From the IMG/VR virus record IMGVR_UViG_3300039314_000292: a stretch of DNA of 41,845 bases. One strand, given 5' to 3'. The notes under the pieces were generated by a model. The model made no database searches. It saw nothing but the letters and a program-made list of their open reading frames with translations, and was not told the DNA's origin. Position 1 is the stretch's first letter. The number at the start of each line of letters is the position of its first letter. A program made the translations under genes and the position numbers. This stretch comes from a virus (lineage: Duplodnaviria > Heunggongvirae > Uroviricota > Caudoviricetes). Shown piece after piece: positions 8,303-17,900 of the stretch.

Positions 8303-9168
8303 TGTTGTTAGCTCTTCTAATTATCCCCATTCTGGTTAGTGGTTATATTATGATAACCGCTAACCAGTATCATTATTTCCGTTTATACCGACATGAAGGC
8401 CAGCTTCTTTATATGAAAGTAGCTGCATTAGGTACATATTGCCTTGTTGCATCAGTAATAATTGCAGCCGCTATAAAATATAAATGGCCTGATTTTCACC
8501 TAGTTCACGATATGGTGGAAACTTTTAATGTAACATCAAAACCAGAAACAGATAGAATTTACATGTGGCTGCTTCTTCTCTCAGCCACATCCATTTGCTT
8601 CTCTTTGTGTTATGTGTCTGTTGTGTGGGTGAAAGATTTTCTTCTTGGTTGTTTTTATAAACGTGATATTTACGAGCAAAAAACAGAGGCAATGAAGGCC
8701 AGAGTACTGCGAAAAACTTACTCGCAAGGTTCTTTAGACTTACTATTGCTTGATGCTATTGAATCGGATCCTAAACGACCAATGTTGATTACTTTATCAT
8801 CAAACAAAGTGTATGTTGGAATAATAAATGGTTCTGGTGAACCAACGGAAAATCAGGGTCCGCATCAGCACATATCTTTTGTTCCTTTAATGTCAGGATA
8901 CAGGAACAAAGAAAACTTATCTGTCACATTCACTAATGCTTATCCAGGAGAAATACAGGTCAAGCGGACTGCAGCAATAAGAGGAATTAGCAGAAAGAAA
9001 GTGCCAGGACTTGAGATCATGGTGTCTATTGACGAAATAAGTTATATATCATGGTTTGATTTTGAAGTATATAAAGCAACAAATAACAAAGTAGAATCCA
9101 GGGGGCACGTTATTCGTGTTACCAAAAATGGAAGAAATATATATCAAAGAAATAGCAAAAAAGAATAG
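8302..9168 (+). CDS. low-GC inner-membrane protein (288 aa): 3 N-terminal TM helices plus about 170-aa soluble domain; candidate superinfection-exclusion/defence protein
   Basis: GTG 8302 with AAGGA RBS; markedly AT-rich versus flanking phage genes; TM segments LLALLIIPILVSGYIMI, VAALGTYCLVASVIIAAAI, IYMWLLLLSATSICFSLCYVSVVWV; terminator follows. Confidence 0.7.
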   Translation: MLLALLIIPILVSGYIMITANQYHYFRLYRHEGQLLYMKVAALGTYCLVASVIIAAAIKYKWPDFHLVHDMVETFNVTSKPETDRIYMWLLLLSATSICFSLCYVSVVWVKDFLLGCFYKRDIYEQKTEAMKARVLRKTYSQGSLDLLLLDAIESDPKRPMLITLSSNKVYVGIINGSGEPTENQGPHQHISFVPLMSGYRNKENLSVTFTNAYPGEIQVKRTAAIRGISRKKVPGLEIMVSIDEISYISWFDFEVYKATNNKVESRGHVIRVTKNGRNIYQRNSKKE

Positions 9169-9190
9169 CCCGCGCTGCGGGCTTTTTTGT
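9168..9190 (+). terminator. rho-independent terminator
   Basis: GCCCGC-GCT-GCGGGC followed by TTTTTT directly after stop of 8302..9168. Confidence 0.7.
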
Positions 9191-9260
9191 GGACGAAACA
9201 AAAGCCAGTGCTACACTCATTGACGCCACATTGAGGTGGCTTATAGATGGAAATTTCACA

Positions 9261-9422
9261 ATGAAAAAAGCATTTGCTGCACTGTTCGTTTTGTTGTCTC
9301 TGGTAGCTTCAACTCAGGCCTTTGCCGGTCGTTGTCAGCACGACAGCGATACCGCCGCTGACGGCTCCCGCTGCGGTGGGCGTTCTGCGGATTCCCGCCC
9401 GGGCGGCGGTGGCATTCGTTAA
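9261..9422 (+). CDS. small secreted Cys-containing peptide (53 aa), hypothetical moron
   Basis: Own sigma70-like promoter TTGACG(9220..9225)-N16-TATAGA(9242..9247); signal peptide MKKAFAALFVLLSLVASTQAFA; very short leader, no clear RBS, so low confidence. Confidence 0.35.
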   Translation: MKKAFAALFVLLSLVASTQAFAGRCQHDSDTAADGSRCGGRSADSRPGGGGIR

Positions 9423-9428
9423 AAACAA

Positions 9429-9444
9429 GGCCGCGAAAGCGGCC
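9429..9444 (-). terminator. rho-independent terminator for the minus-strand 186-aa gene
   Basis: GGCCGC-GAAA-GCGGCC with T-run on the minus strand (A-run on plus); adjacent to palindrome TGTGACATGTCACA (9445..9458). Confidence 0.6.
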
Positions 9445-9458
9445 TGTGACATGTCACA

Positions 9459-10019
9459 CTACATTGATATATGATTCATAAAGTAGCTTAAAGATTTACT
9501 TCCCAGAAAAGAAATTTCTTTTCCTGGATATGTCGCAATAATTGAGCATGACTTATCCCCGTTAGAGGTAACAAATCCTGAATAACCTACTTGTTCTTTA
9601 CCATTTTGTTGCTTGGCTAAAAAGTAGAGGTAGCTTATCTTTTTGCCCTCTGGGTAAAACTCTGCCAAACCAGTATCGGTGATTGAATATTTTATTCTCC
9701 CGCCTTGAGTAACGTTTTCCATCTCAAGTTTAGCTATGTCTTTTCTGTTGTATTCAGCATTGATTTTCCTTTCGAAATCAATGTTGTTTTCAAATGAGTA
9801 GGAAGCAACAGTCTGAATAGATGGGAACACGTTTATCTGGATGCCTCCACAGTCGGCACAGGTATAAAGGTATGAATCAGATGGAATCCCCATAAAAGAA
9901 AACTGAGTTACCTTAAATTTATCGCTATCTCCAAAGTATTGAAGTTCGCATTTAACATTTTGCCCTGCAAAAGAAAATGCAGACATCAATATTGAAACAA
10001 AAAATATAATTGCCTTCAT
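9459..10019 (-). CDS. low-GC secreted protein (186 aa), moron appended to virion-protein operon
   Basis: Signal peptide MKAIIFFVSILMSAFSFAG; AT-rich; starts 2 nt after stop of the 850-aa virion protein gene; own terminator. Confidence 0.7.
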   Translation of the reverse strand: MKAIIFFVSILMSAFSFAGQNVKCELQYFGDSDKFKVTQFSFMGIPSDSYLYTCADCGGIQINVFPSIQTVASYSFENNIDFERKINAEYNRKDIAKLEMENVTQGGRIKYSITDTGLAEFYPEGKKISYLYFLAKQQNGKEQVGYSGFVTSNGDKSCSIIATYPGKEISFLGSKSLSYFMNHISM

Positions 10020-10021
10020 TA

Positions 10022-12574
10022 TTATTTACCTAGTATGAACTGCGATGGTGGGATCAGAAAGTCGTTACCCTGCTCACGCTCAACACGGCGCTGATAACGC
10101 TCAAGAGAGCCTGGGTCAAGGGCATCTTGTATCCGGTTCAATATTAAACCATTCATCGCCGTACGAAGCCAGAACACGTTGAGGAATGGCGTATTGTCAA
10201 GTGCCGTGCGATACCAGTCACCCAAATCTGCATCCCCTCTCGTGGTCTGCTGGAGCAGCGTGATAATGCTGTCAGCGTTCGATGCTGCTGGCCCCATTAG
10301 CGACGTAACCGGCCCGGCCCCCATGCGGTTGACCTCGCCAAACATGAAGTCACCCAAGATGCCAAGACCGCCCCCCTGAGATGCGGCTGCGAGAAACGTC
10401 TTGGCATCTGCCGGGCGTGGTGTTTGCCCTTTCAGCATGAGTTTTGACTGCATGGAGATATAACCAAACATAGTCGCCCAGACAAAGAGGTTTGCAGCAC
10501 CAAGGAAAGCCCCCTTCCCGTTACGTAGCAGCGCATTCGTCAGCGATCCGGTTTTCGACTCACCAAGCCCAGCAGGAATATAACCACGCCCGAATACTTC
10601 GCGTCCTAGTACGTTCTGCATGAAGCTTGCAGTGAACGATTTGTACTGACCAGCGAATCGTATTGCTTCCCCAGCCACCGTTCCTGGCACCGTGCCCATC
10701 TTCATAAACGCCTGCGTGCGATCGCCAGGCTCTGACATGGCGATATTCAGGCGGTCAAGGATGTAGCCGCGCAACTGCCCTTCCAATTGATCGCGTGCGT
10801 CAGCGATAGCGCGCTGCGTTGGTTTGATCCCCTTACTCTCTACATAACCGGCAATCACTTCGTCAGGCACGCCGCGGATGCCGCTGGTCGTCATGAACTT
10901 ACGACCTTCGCTATCGGCCATGTCCATGTTGCGAAAAATTTCCCACTCACGTTCGCCAATACCGTGCAGATCCAGCACGCGTCGCAGGTCTTCCGGTAGC
11001 CGCGCATGAGACTGGTCAGCATTCTTTGCAAGCCAGTTGGTTATCATCATGGCGTTGCTGTTGCGACCGCTCTCGGTCCAGAAGTTCATGAGGTTGTACT
11101 TAAAGAAAAGCTGCTGCGCGCGACCAAGCTTTCCATTCAGCGTGTCATCACCAGATATGCGCCGGATGATTTCCTGCGTCATGGAGTCGGAATAAACTCC
11201 GATAGAGGAAAGGATCTCTTTCTGCTCCGCGCTGTTGTAACGCGTGAAGCGGCCTCTCATAGCACCAAGCAACGCCTGCATAAAATTCTGCCCTTGGTAG
11301 CGCATCTCGGTAGCGGCGATAGGCACGTCGTTAAACGATGAGATTACCGCGCCACCAAGTTGGCTCATACGCAACCAGCCGCGTACAGCCGCCGACGCAT
11401 TGGCCCAGCCTACGCTGCCAGGAATATTTAGCGAGCCGTCAACCTGCGGCATTACGGTACGGTTAATGCGACGCACCTTCGTCATGTAGTCAGCCAACGC
11501 TGCCGGTCTTCCGGATTTGCTGATATCTTCAGCAATGGCGTCCGTCAGGTACTTAAACATGTTCTGTGGGTTAGTGCCCAGTACGCGCATCATGCCCGTT
11601 GTGCGGGCAGCGCTGTTTAAGCCACCAAACAGCGCTTCTCGCAGGCTGCCGGTGCCGAATTGCTGGTTGTACTCGTGCCACGAGATACCATCTTTGAAGT
11701 GCAAAATTCGCTCTTGGCTGGCGCGTTTAGCTGCGTTCGCCGATCCCTTAAAGCCATTCATCCAATCGGGCTTTTCAGATGTAAGATGCACGCCGGAAGC
11801 CAGCCCGTTATAAATGTTACGCATGAACTGCTCGCGGTCAGCCACGCCGTCAAAAGTGCGCTCATCAAGGCGCGGGAGAATAGCATTTCGCCATGCTTCA
11901 TAACCTGCGGCGCGGATCTTCATGATGTCGTGTGACTGGCGCACTATATAGCCCGGCTCTTTGCGTATCCATGCCCCGGCGCGGTTCTCATCAATGCGCG
12001 CAGTTTCCTGCCATTTCATGATGATTTGTGCAGCGCTTACGGATTGCTTTGTCATACCGTCAGTTGACTGCCCGCGCCCTATGCGCCACATTGCATCGGC
12101 AATTTCCCGGTCATTGCTGCCGCTGGCGATGAATTGCACCAGCCCGGCACGGTCAAAATCGTAGTTGATACCGGAATGATACTTGCCGCGCAGTTGCGCC
12201 ACCTCCGAAGATACCGACCGGCGGGCGCCGGTACGCGCATCGTTGCGGCCAACCAGCATTGCTTCAAGCCCGATATCCGGGCGGTCTTTCCAGATAGTAC
12301 GAAGCTCTCTAAGTCGTTGTGCGGCAATACGGGCGTTGATTGCCTTATTGCGAGCCTCAATCTGTTTTGCCAGCATATCGGCATTGCTCAGTTCTTCCGC
12401 TGCGCGCATCGCGGCCTCTTCCAGAGACAGCGCCTCATTGGTCGCCAGAATTCGCCTAGTGGTGTCGTTCATGTCACGCACCAGCGACTCCATCTCATCG
12501 GAAGAAAGCTCGCGACCAGCGGCAGCATTTACACTGCGCTCGCACTGCGTCAAAAATTCGTTTGCTGCCATCAC
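10022..12574 (-). CDS. internal virion / DNA-ejection protein (850 aa)
   Basis: Large protein in podovirus-type structural operon between internal proteins and tailspike region; translationally coupled (ATGA overlap) to upstream gene. Confidence 0.7.
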   Translation of the reverse strand: MMAANEFLTQCERSVNAAAGRELSSDEMESLVRDMNDTTRRILATNEALSLEEAAMRAAEELSNADMLAKQIEARNKAINARIAAQRLRELRTIWKDRPDIGLEAMLVGRNDARTGARRSVSSEVAQLRGKYHSGINYDFDRAGLVQFIASGSNDREIADAMWRIGRGQSTDGMTKQSVSAAQIIMKWQETARIDENRAGAWIRKEPGYIVRQSHDIMKIRAAGYEAWRNAILPRLDERTFDGVADREQFMRNIYNGLASGVHLTSEKPDWMNGFKGSANAAKRASQERILHFKDGISWHEYNQQFGTGSLREALFGGLNSAARTTGMMRVLGTNPQNMFKYLTDAIAEDISKSGRPAALADYMTKVRRINRTVMPQVDGSLNIPGSVGWANASAAVRGWLRMSQLGGAVISSFNDVPIAATEMRYQGQNFMQALLGAMRGRFTRYNSAEQKEILSSIGVYSDSMTQEIIRRISGDDTLNGKLGRAQQLFFKYNLMNFWTESGRNSNAMMITNWLAKNADQSHARLPEDLRRVLDLHGIGEREWEIFRNMDMADSEGRKFMTTSGIRGVPDEVIAGYVESKGIKPTQRAIADARDQLEGQLRGYILDRLNIAMSEPGDRTQAFMKMGTVPGTVAGEAIRFAGQYKSFTASFMQNVLGREVFGRGYIPAGLGESKTGSLTNALLRNGKGAFLGAANLFVWATMFGYISMQSKLMLKGQTPRPADAKTFLAAASQGGGLGILGDFMFGEVNRMGAGPVTSLMGPAASNADSIITLLQQTTRGDADLGDWYRTALDNTPFLNVFWLRTAMNGLILNRIQDALDPGSLERYQRRVEREQGNDFLIPPSQFILGK

Positions 12575-14268
12575 ATCCCCCGGTTAATCATACAGGCGGC
12601 AAATGCCCGGAAAGCGTTGCTCATGCTATTGTCGCTGGCGTCGGCACGAATATCATTGAGTTTCTGGCGCAACGTGGTCGCAAGATCAGGGTTATCGACA
12701 GCGATATCGTCAAGCAGGGCGTTACTCAGGTTGAGCTCGTTATCAAGGTCTGCAGCGGCAGCGGTAATTTCATGATCTGCCTTTTGCGTTTCTTGATAAA
12801 CCCGATCGGCTGTTTCGCTTGCTGGGCGAGCCGTTTCATCAACCTGCCGTGCCGGGTTCTGTATGCGATGGATGGCGCGTTCACGCAGTGCCGGTTTGTG
12901 CAGTTCATAGAAGGGCTCAACATCTGGGCTACGTCCTTCCATCATGTGTGCCAGCGCAGCGCGATACGCCTGCTGGTTCACGTTCCAGTCAGCATCCCTG
13001 ATGGCGCTTGCGGCAGTGCGAACTGCGCCAGCGACCGGCGACATCTGCATGCCGTCCAGGATCTGCTGCGCACGCTCGGAAATGGTGACTTTCAGGTCGT
13101 CTGGGATCTCGCCGCGGGAAATCTGAGACTGGCGCCAGCGCGCCTGCTCTGCTGTCGCGTTCTGCTCCAGCGATGTGTTGATCTCCTGATTGCGTGCAGC
13201 GATGGCGTCTTTCTCGGCCTGAATCTCTTTCAGTGCCCTAGAGCGCGCATCCTTAAACTTCATCCGCTGCCCCTGATACTTTTTGGTGCGCTGCTGCAGC
13301 GTCGCATCAAGCGAGTCAGCATGACGTTGATTAGCCGCAAGCTCGGCACGCAGGTCGGCAACGTTACCGATCTGACCGCTCTGTAATTCCTGCTGGCGCG
13401 CCATATAGTCAGGAACCACGTCGTCATAAGCCCGGCTGTATGCGTAGCTCTCCGCTTCACTGGAAATGGCCGCCGCCAGATCTGCGTTAGCGCCAACCTC
13501 AGGGATATTCACGCCCGCCGGAATGTTGTCAGGCGTTATCACCGGGGTTGGCTGCGCATCGCCAGAAAACGCCGGGGACTCTCCCGTTGCAGCATCGGGA
13601 ACGCGACGCGGTCGCACGATATCGGCGATAAGGCCGCCGCCGGCATGCATTAGACCGCCAGCCATCGTGTTAAAGAAAGTACTTTCCAACGCGTTGCTAT
13701 AGGTGAAGTCGTCACCTTCCGCCGCCGCTGCCAGCCCGGTAAGCGGCACGGTCACCACCGCCTGCGCTGCCCCCATGCGTGCACCAGCAACAAATCGCTC
13801 GCCAAATCGGCCAAGCACAGAAGCCGCCTTTGCTTCTCCAGCGAACGGAACCAGCGCCAGCGCCACGTTACCAGGATCTGCCATTGAACCAGCTAGGCTG
13901 GCTGCGAAATTAAGCGGCGTGGCTACCCATCCGCTCGGTGCCGACATCGCGATCTGCTGGCGTGCCAGAGAATCTTTGCGTTCAGCAATAACATGATCGA
14001 GAAAAGCCTGCGTAACGCCAGAATCTGGCACGTTTATGCTCTTTACGCCGTACTGCTTCAGGAGCTCATCCGCTTCCTGCTTACTGATAACTGTAGAGTT
14101 TGGGTCATTCGCCAGCGAGTCGGCCTGCGCAAAGCGGTAGCCGGACATGACCGGCCCCTCTTCAAATCCCTGCTTAAGGGAAGAAAGCAGCGATTCGCCA
14201 AGCCCTGCTGGCGCGTTGCCAATTGGCTGGTTAATTCCCTGTCCCGGATCATCTGTGTAAATTGGCAT
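12571..14268 (-). CDS. internal virion protein (565 aa)
   Basis: Position and coupling within structural operon; Ala/Gln-rich helical protein. Confidence 0.7.
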   Translation of the reverse strand: MPIYTDDPGQGINQPIGNAPAGLGESLLSSLKQGFEEGPVMSGYRFAQADSLANDPNSTVISKQEADELLKQYGVKSINVPDSGVTQAFLDHVIAERKDSLARQQIAMSAPSGWVATPLNFAASLAGSMADPGNVALALVPFAGEAKAASVLGRFGERFVAGARMGAAQAVVTVPLTGLAAAAEGDDFTYSNALESTFFNTMAGGLMHAGGGLIADIVRPRRVPDAATGESPAFSGDAQPTPVITPDNIPAGVNIPEVGANADLAAAISSEAESYAYSRAYDDVVPDYMARQQELQSGQIGNVADLRAELAANQRHADSLDATLQQRTKKYQGQRMKFKDARSRALKEIQAEKDAIAARNQEINTSLEQNATAEQARWRQSQISRGEIPDDLKVTISERAQQILDGMQMSPVAGAVRTAASAIRDADWNVNQQAYRAALAHMMEGRSPDVEPFYELHKPALRERAIHRIQNPARQVDETARPASETADRVYQETQKADHEITAAAADLDNELNLSNALLDDIAVDNPDLATTLRQKLNDIRADASDNSMSNAFRAFAACMINRGM

Positions 14269-14269
14269 G

Positions 14270-16891
14270 TTATCGTCCTGATTGCTGGCCGTTCTGGAAA
14301 ATGTTAATCAGGTTGTCGCGCTGACTTTCTGCGCTGTATTCCTTAGACTGTCCGGGAGTATATTTCACCGGAGTATCAATGAACTTGGTAATGCTGTTCC
14401 ATACTGATCGGTTGGTTGTTCCCAGTTTCGCCAGATCGTTGAACGGCACCGTAATCGGGTTGCCGTCGGCACCGTTGACGATCAGCCCGTTGAGCATCAG
14501 GGTAAGTCCTGTTTCGTCGCTGTTGGTAACCCACTGCGCATTATCACGAATGCGGGAGATACTCTGCTCACGGTTGACCTCATCAGGTAGCCTTGGGTCA
14601 CCAATAAGCGGCATAATCTGATCTGCTGACAGGTTTTTCAGATACGCATTGGCACCATCGTTAACGTCACGAATATCTATCCCTGCACGATTAGGTAGCC
14701 GCCAAGTGCCATTGGTCTGGTACTGCTCGCCGAGGATGTCCTGATACGCCTGTTTTGCTGCATCAGACGCCGACATTCCGCGCTGCATGTTGATGTAAGT
14801 AAGTCGTTTTCCCTGCTCGTTGAAGTTATTCCACACGGCAGTGCCACCAGGCTGAACAACCATCGTGCCAGCAAAATCTTTCGATTGGTCATTCCATGAC
14901 GAGTCGGCGCTATCCGCGTCGGTTTTCTCAAGACTGCCGCGTAAGTCAGCAGTTTTAACGCTACGGTTTTGCCAGAGCGCATTTGCCGCGCGCGGGTTCT
15001 CGGTAGCCATGACAACCTGCAACGCAGGATAAGCGCTCTTCTGAACCTGCTGCATCACCTGATCCGAGTATTTGCCGAACGACTGCGCCACCGACTGAAT
15101 GGCCTTAACGCTAGATTCCTGCGTGTTGTCAATACGCTGCAGTACATCATTGACCATGGACTCCGGTAAAACTTTTTTGCTCATTATCCCCAGGCGGTCT
15201 TTTTCAGACTGTATGCGGGAAACTAGGTATTCACCAGATGAAGGGTCATTCAGGTACTGCTGGAATGCAGCCTGCACAACCGGAGAGTTTTGTTGCAGCC
15301 ATGCCCCCGGATCCGCTTCCCGCGCCTTCAGTACCTGCCCAAGCTTGACCTTTGCCGATGCATAAAGCTCTGCTTTGTATTTAAAGTCAGGGTCGTTTTC
15401 CTGCGGTGCCATTGCCTGCACGGCGGCGGTACCCTGCTGGACGTTGCCCTGCATAATGGTCTGATAAACAGGTTGTAGCGTCATTGCCTGCTGGTATTGC
15501 TGGAAGGTTTTTTCCATCTGCAGGCGCTCGGCAGGCGCTGCCTGAAGCGGCATAACGGCGGCCCATTCGTGCGCTGAAATAGGCGTCACCTGCTTACCGG
15601 CCTCAATTTTGGATAGGTCGTCCTGCATTCGACTCTGTAGCGCAACGCGACCGGCTGAAGCCTGCATGTCGTACATGCCAGCAACCTTGCTCATCATCTG
15701 CGACTTTTTGTCCGGACTCATGGCGTTCCAGAATGGCTGTGCGATGAGGTTTTCCATCGTCGCAGATCCAGGAATAGCTCCAGCACTGCCAGTTACTTTT
15801 GCCACATAATTGCGCGTCTCGTCGTATGGGATAGCTGCGGCAAACTGGGCGTTACTGACTTCGCCTGTGCGCGGATCGCCAATCTGTTTAATCCAGCCGT
15901 CAACCTTTCCTGGGCCAGCGTTATAGGCAGCTACTGCCAGAACCGGGTTATTGTCGTATTTCTTCATCTGCGCGCCGAAATAAGCTTGCCCCAAGCGGGC
16001 ATTATAGCGCGGGTCATTCAACCATTTATCGCGGTCCCACGGCACGCCAGCAAGGCGGGCAGCTTCGGGGCCAGTATCTTCCGTCACCTGCGCTACGCCA
16101 ACAGCGCCTTTTGGCGACACCAGAGGTGTTCCGTCCTTTCCGTACTGATTTCCGCCACTCTCCTGCCAGATTATTGCAGAGAATAACTGCGCCTCACTCG
16201 GTGTATCGGTTACCTCAATCTTGCCGTTCGGACCCATCATCTGTTGATACATCGGCACATACCACGCCTCCGCCGCACCGTTCGCGGCATTCTCGCGCCA
16301 CGAAACCCAGTTCTGTTCGATCTCTTCCTGACTCTGGCCGTGGGCTTCGCCGTAAGCGATGATGCTATGATATGCCTTCAATCCTGCCTGGTTTGCCATT
16401 GTCGGGTTACGGAACTGCATCGATAGGTTTTTTAGTGTCGCATCCTGCATATCCGCCTCATACTGGCGAACCTGTCCTATTTCGTACCTCCCGGCCTGCG
16501 TAGTGAACTGAATGCGCTGCTGCTGCGCCTGCTGCATGAAAGCATTACGAGCCTGTTCATCCGGCAGCGACATAGCCAGTTGTTCGACCTGAGCATCAAA
16601 CTGCTGCGTATACTCCTGACCTTTTCCAATAGCATTTTTCCCTTTCAGGTTAAGCAATCCTGTTTCAGGATTATTCAGCAGATCACTGCTTATCTGACTG
16701 AGGTTAAGAGATGCCTCCTGAGCCAGAGCGATATTGGCACGCTGTTTTGCCTGACCAAAAACATCAATTGCCTCTGTCCCTGCCCGAACAAAAGCATCAC
16801 CAATACCTGGCTGAGAAAACGTCTGCAAGCCTGCTGACTGAACTCCACGGCTCTGAACCTGACGGCCGGATACTGTTGGTACGACTGGCAT
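14270..16891 (-). CDS. internal virion protein with lytic transglycosylase (SLT) domain (about 873 aa)
   Basis: SLT motifs AIIWQESGGNQ, VGVAQV, AYNAGPGKV; start taken at internal ATG with GGAGG RBS that overlaps the upstream stop by 1 nt (track ORF extends to 16966). Confidence 0.85.
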   Translation of the reverse strand: MPVVPTVSGRQVQSRGVQSAGLQTFSQPGIGDAFVRAGTEAIDVFGQAKQRANIALAQEASLNLSQISSDLLNNPETGLLNLKGKNAIGKGQEYTQQFDAQVEQLAMSLPDEQARNAFMQQAQQQRIQFTTQAGRYEIGQVRQYEADMQDATLKNLSMQFRNPTMANQAGLKAYHSIIAYGEAHGQSQEEIEQNWVSWRENAANGAAEAWYVPMYQQMMGPNGKIEVTDTPSEAQLFSAIIWQESGGNQYGKDGTPLVSPKGAVGVAQVTEDTGPEAARLAGVPWDRDKWLNDPRYNARLGQAYFGAQMKKYDNNPVLAVAAYNAGPGKVDGWIKQIGDPRTGEVSNAQFAAAIPYDETRNYVAKVTGSAGAIPGSATMENLIAQPFWNAMSPDKKSQMMSKVAGMYDMQASAGRVALQSRMQDDLSKIEAGKQVTPISAHEWAAVMPLQAAPAERLQMEKTFQQYQQAMTLQPVYQTIMQGNVQQGTAAVQAMAPQENDPDFKYKAELYASAKVKLGQVLKAREADPGAWLQQNSPVVQAAFQQYLNDPSSGEYLVSRIQSEKDRLGIMSKKVLPESMVNDVLQRIDNTQESSVKAIQSVAQSFGKYSDQVMQQVQKSAYPALQVVMATENPRAANALWQNRSVKTADLRGSLEKTDADSADSSWNDQSKDFAGTMVVQPGGTAVWNNFNEQGKRLTYINMQRGMSASDAAKQAYQDILGEQYQTNGTWRLPNRAGIDIRDVNDGANAYLKNLSADQIMPLIGDPRLPDEVNREQSISRIRDNAQWVTNSDETGLTLMLNGLIVNGADGNPITVPFNDLAKLGTTNRSVWNSITKFIDTPVKYTPGQSKEYSAESQRDNLINIFQNGQQSGR

Positions 16892-17436
16892 TATAATCCT
16901 CCGGGTAATCTGGTTCCTGCTGCTGCCCCGATTGGCGCAGGGGTGCTTTGAGTAAACGGACTCCACGTCCCACCAAACATCTGGTACGCACCGTATGCCT
17001 TCAGAGGCGCAGTGAGCAATGTTGTTGCTGCTCCCACATTCCCCTGTTTACGGGCTGAACTGGCTTCTGCTTTATAGTTGGCAGCCTGAACCTGATAACC
17101 GTAAGCCTCGCGTTGCGCGTTATTCACCGTCGTCAGAGAATCAAGAGCGCCAAACTGGGCAGTGTCGCCAAATATATCCAGCGCGTTACCTGTAGATAAA
17201 TCAGCGCCGGTAGCCCCCATTGTCGCCGCCTGTGTACCAAGCCGCTGTCGGGTCTCTCTGCGCCGTTGCTCAGCTTCAGCGTTACCTCTGTTTATTGCAT
17301 CATTTGCCTGAGCTGTGGCTATATCTGCGTTCGCTTCTGCAACCTTCGAGGCATACTTTCCCTGTTGGTACTGGGTGTATGCCTGAATGCCACTCATGGC
17401 GAGCATTGCGCCACCAGCAATAACCGGATCGCACAT
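16891..17436 (-). CDS. virion internal protein, T7 gp14-like size class (181 aa)
   Basis: Ala/Gln-rich small protein preceding the large internal proteins; operon position. Confidence 0.55.
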   Translation of the reverse strand: MCDPVIAGGAMLAMSGIQAYTQYQQGKYASKVAEANADIATAQANDAINRGNAEAEQRRRETRQRLGTQAATMGATGADLSTGNALDIFGDTAQFGALDSLTTVNNAQREAYGYQVQAANYKAEASSARKQGNVGAATTLLTAPLKAYGAYQMFGGTWSPFTQSTPAPIGAAAGTRLPGGL

Positions 17437-17900
17437 TATTTTCTCTCCATGTGAAATCTGTGGAAATTAAGACCAAGAGCACCATAAGGCGCGGCTTCTT
17501 CAAGCCTGAATCCAAGCCAGTGCAGCCATGCTTTGGCAACATGGTTTCGCTCGTCGACATAGTTTTCCAGGCGCGGATAAACTGCCAGCATCTGCTGCAA
17601 TACAGGGCGGCAGTGGCGAAGAAATGTCTTCTGATATTTTTCGATACGGCTGGTTCCGACCAGCCAGGGCGTACCATTGCCACCAATCATTGACGCCGGA
17701 GATACGCCAAACATGGTTACCAGTTCTCCGTTCGCGAACCCTGACCAGGCCATAGTCGCAGTGCGAAGACCAACGCGCAGCGCATCTTCGGTAGTCATCA
17801 GCGATACCGCATACAGTTCGTCAATATCAGCCTGACGAACATCCGGCAAAATCATCTGAAGATGCTCTTCGGTAGCGGGAATAATTTGAACATCGATCAT
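17436..17900 (-). CDS. virion-associated protein (154 aa)
   Basis: Translationally coupled within tail/internal-protein gene string. Confidence 0.5.
   Translation of the reverse strand: MIDVQIIPATEEHLQMILPDVRQADIDELYAVSLMTTEDALRVGLRTATMAWSGFANGELVTMFGVSPASMIGGNGTPWLVGTSRIEKYQKTFLRHCRPVLQQMLAVYPRLENYVDERNHVAKAWLHWLGFRLEEAAPYGALGLNFHRFHMERK

Noticed and set aside
9445-9458. TGTGACATGTCACA as a CRP binding site
   Set aside because: CRP consensus half-sites TGTGA/TCACA are separated by 6 bp, here by 4 bp; spacing is wrong for CRP.
12134-13386. Long plus-strand ORFs (12134..12775, 12183..12587, 12562..13386) inside the minus-strand virion protein genes
   Set aside because: Antisense shadow ORFs within a tightly coupled structural operon; Ala/Arg/Ser-rich low-complexity translations typical of GC-rich antisense frames; no RBS support.
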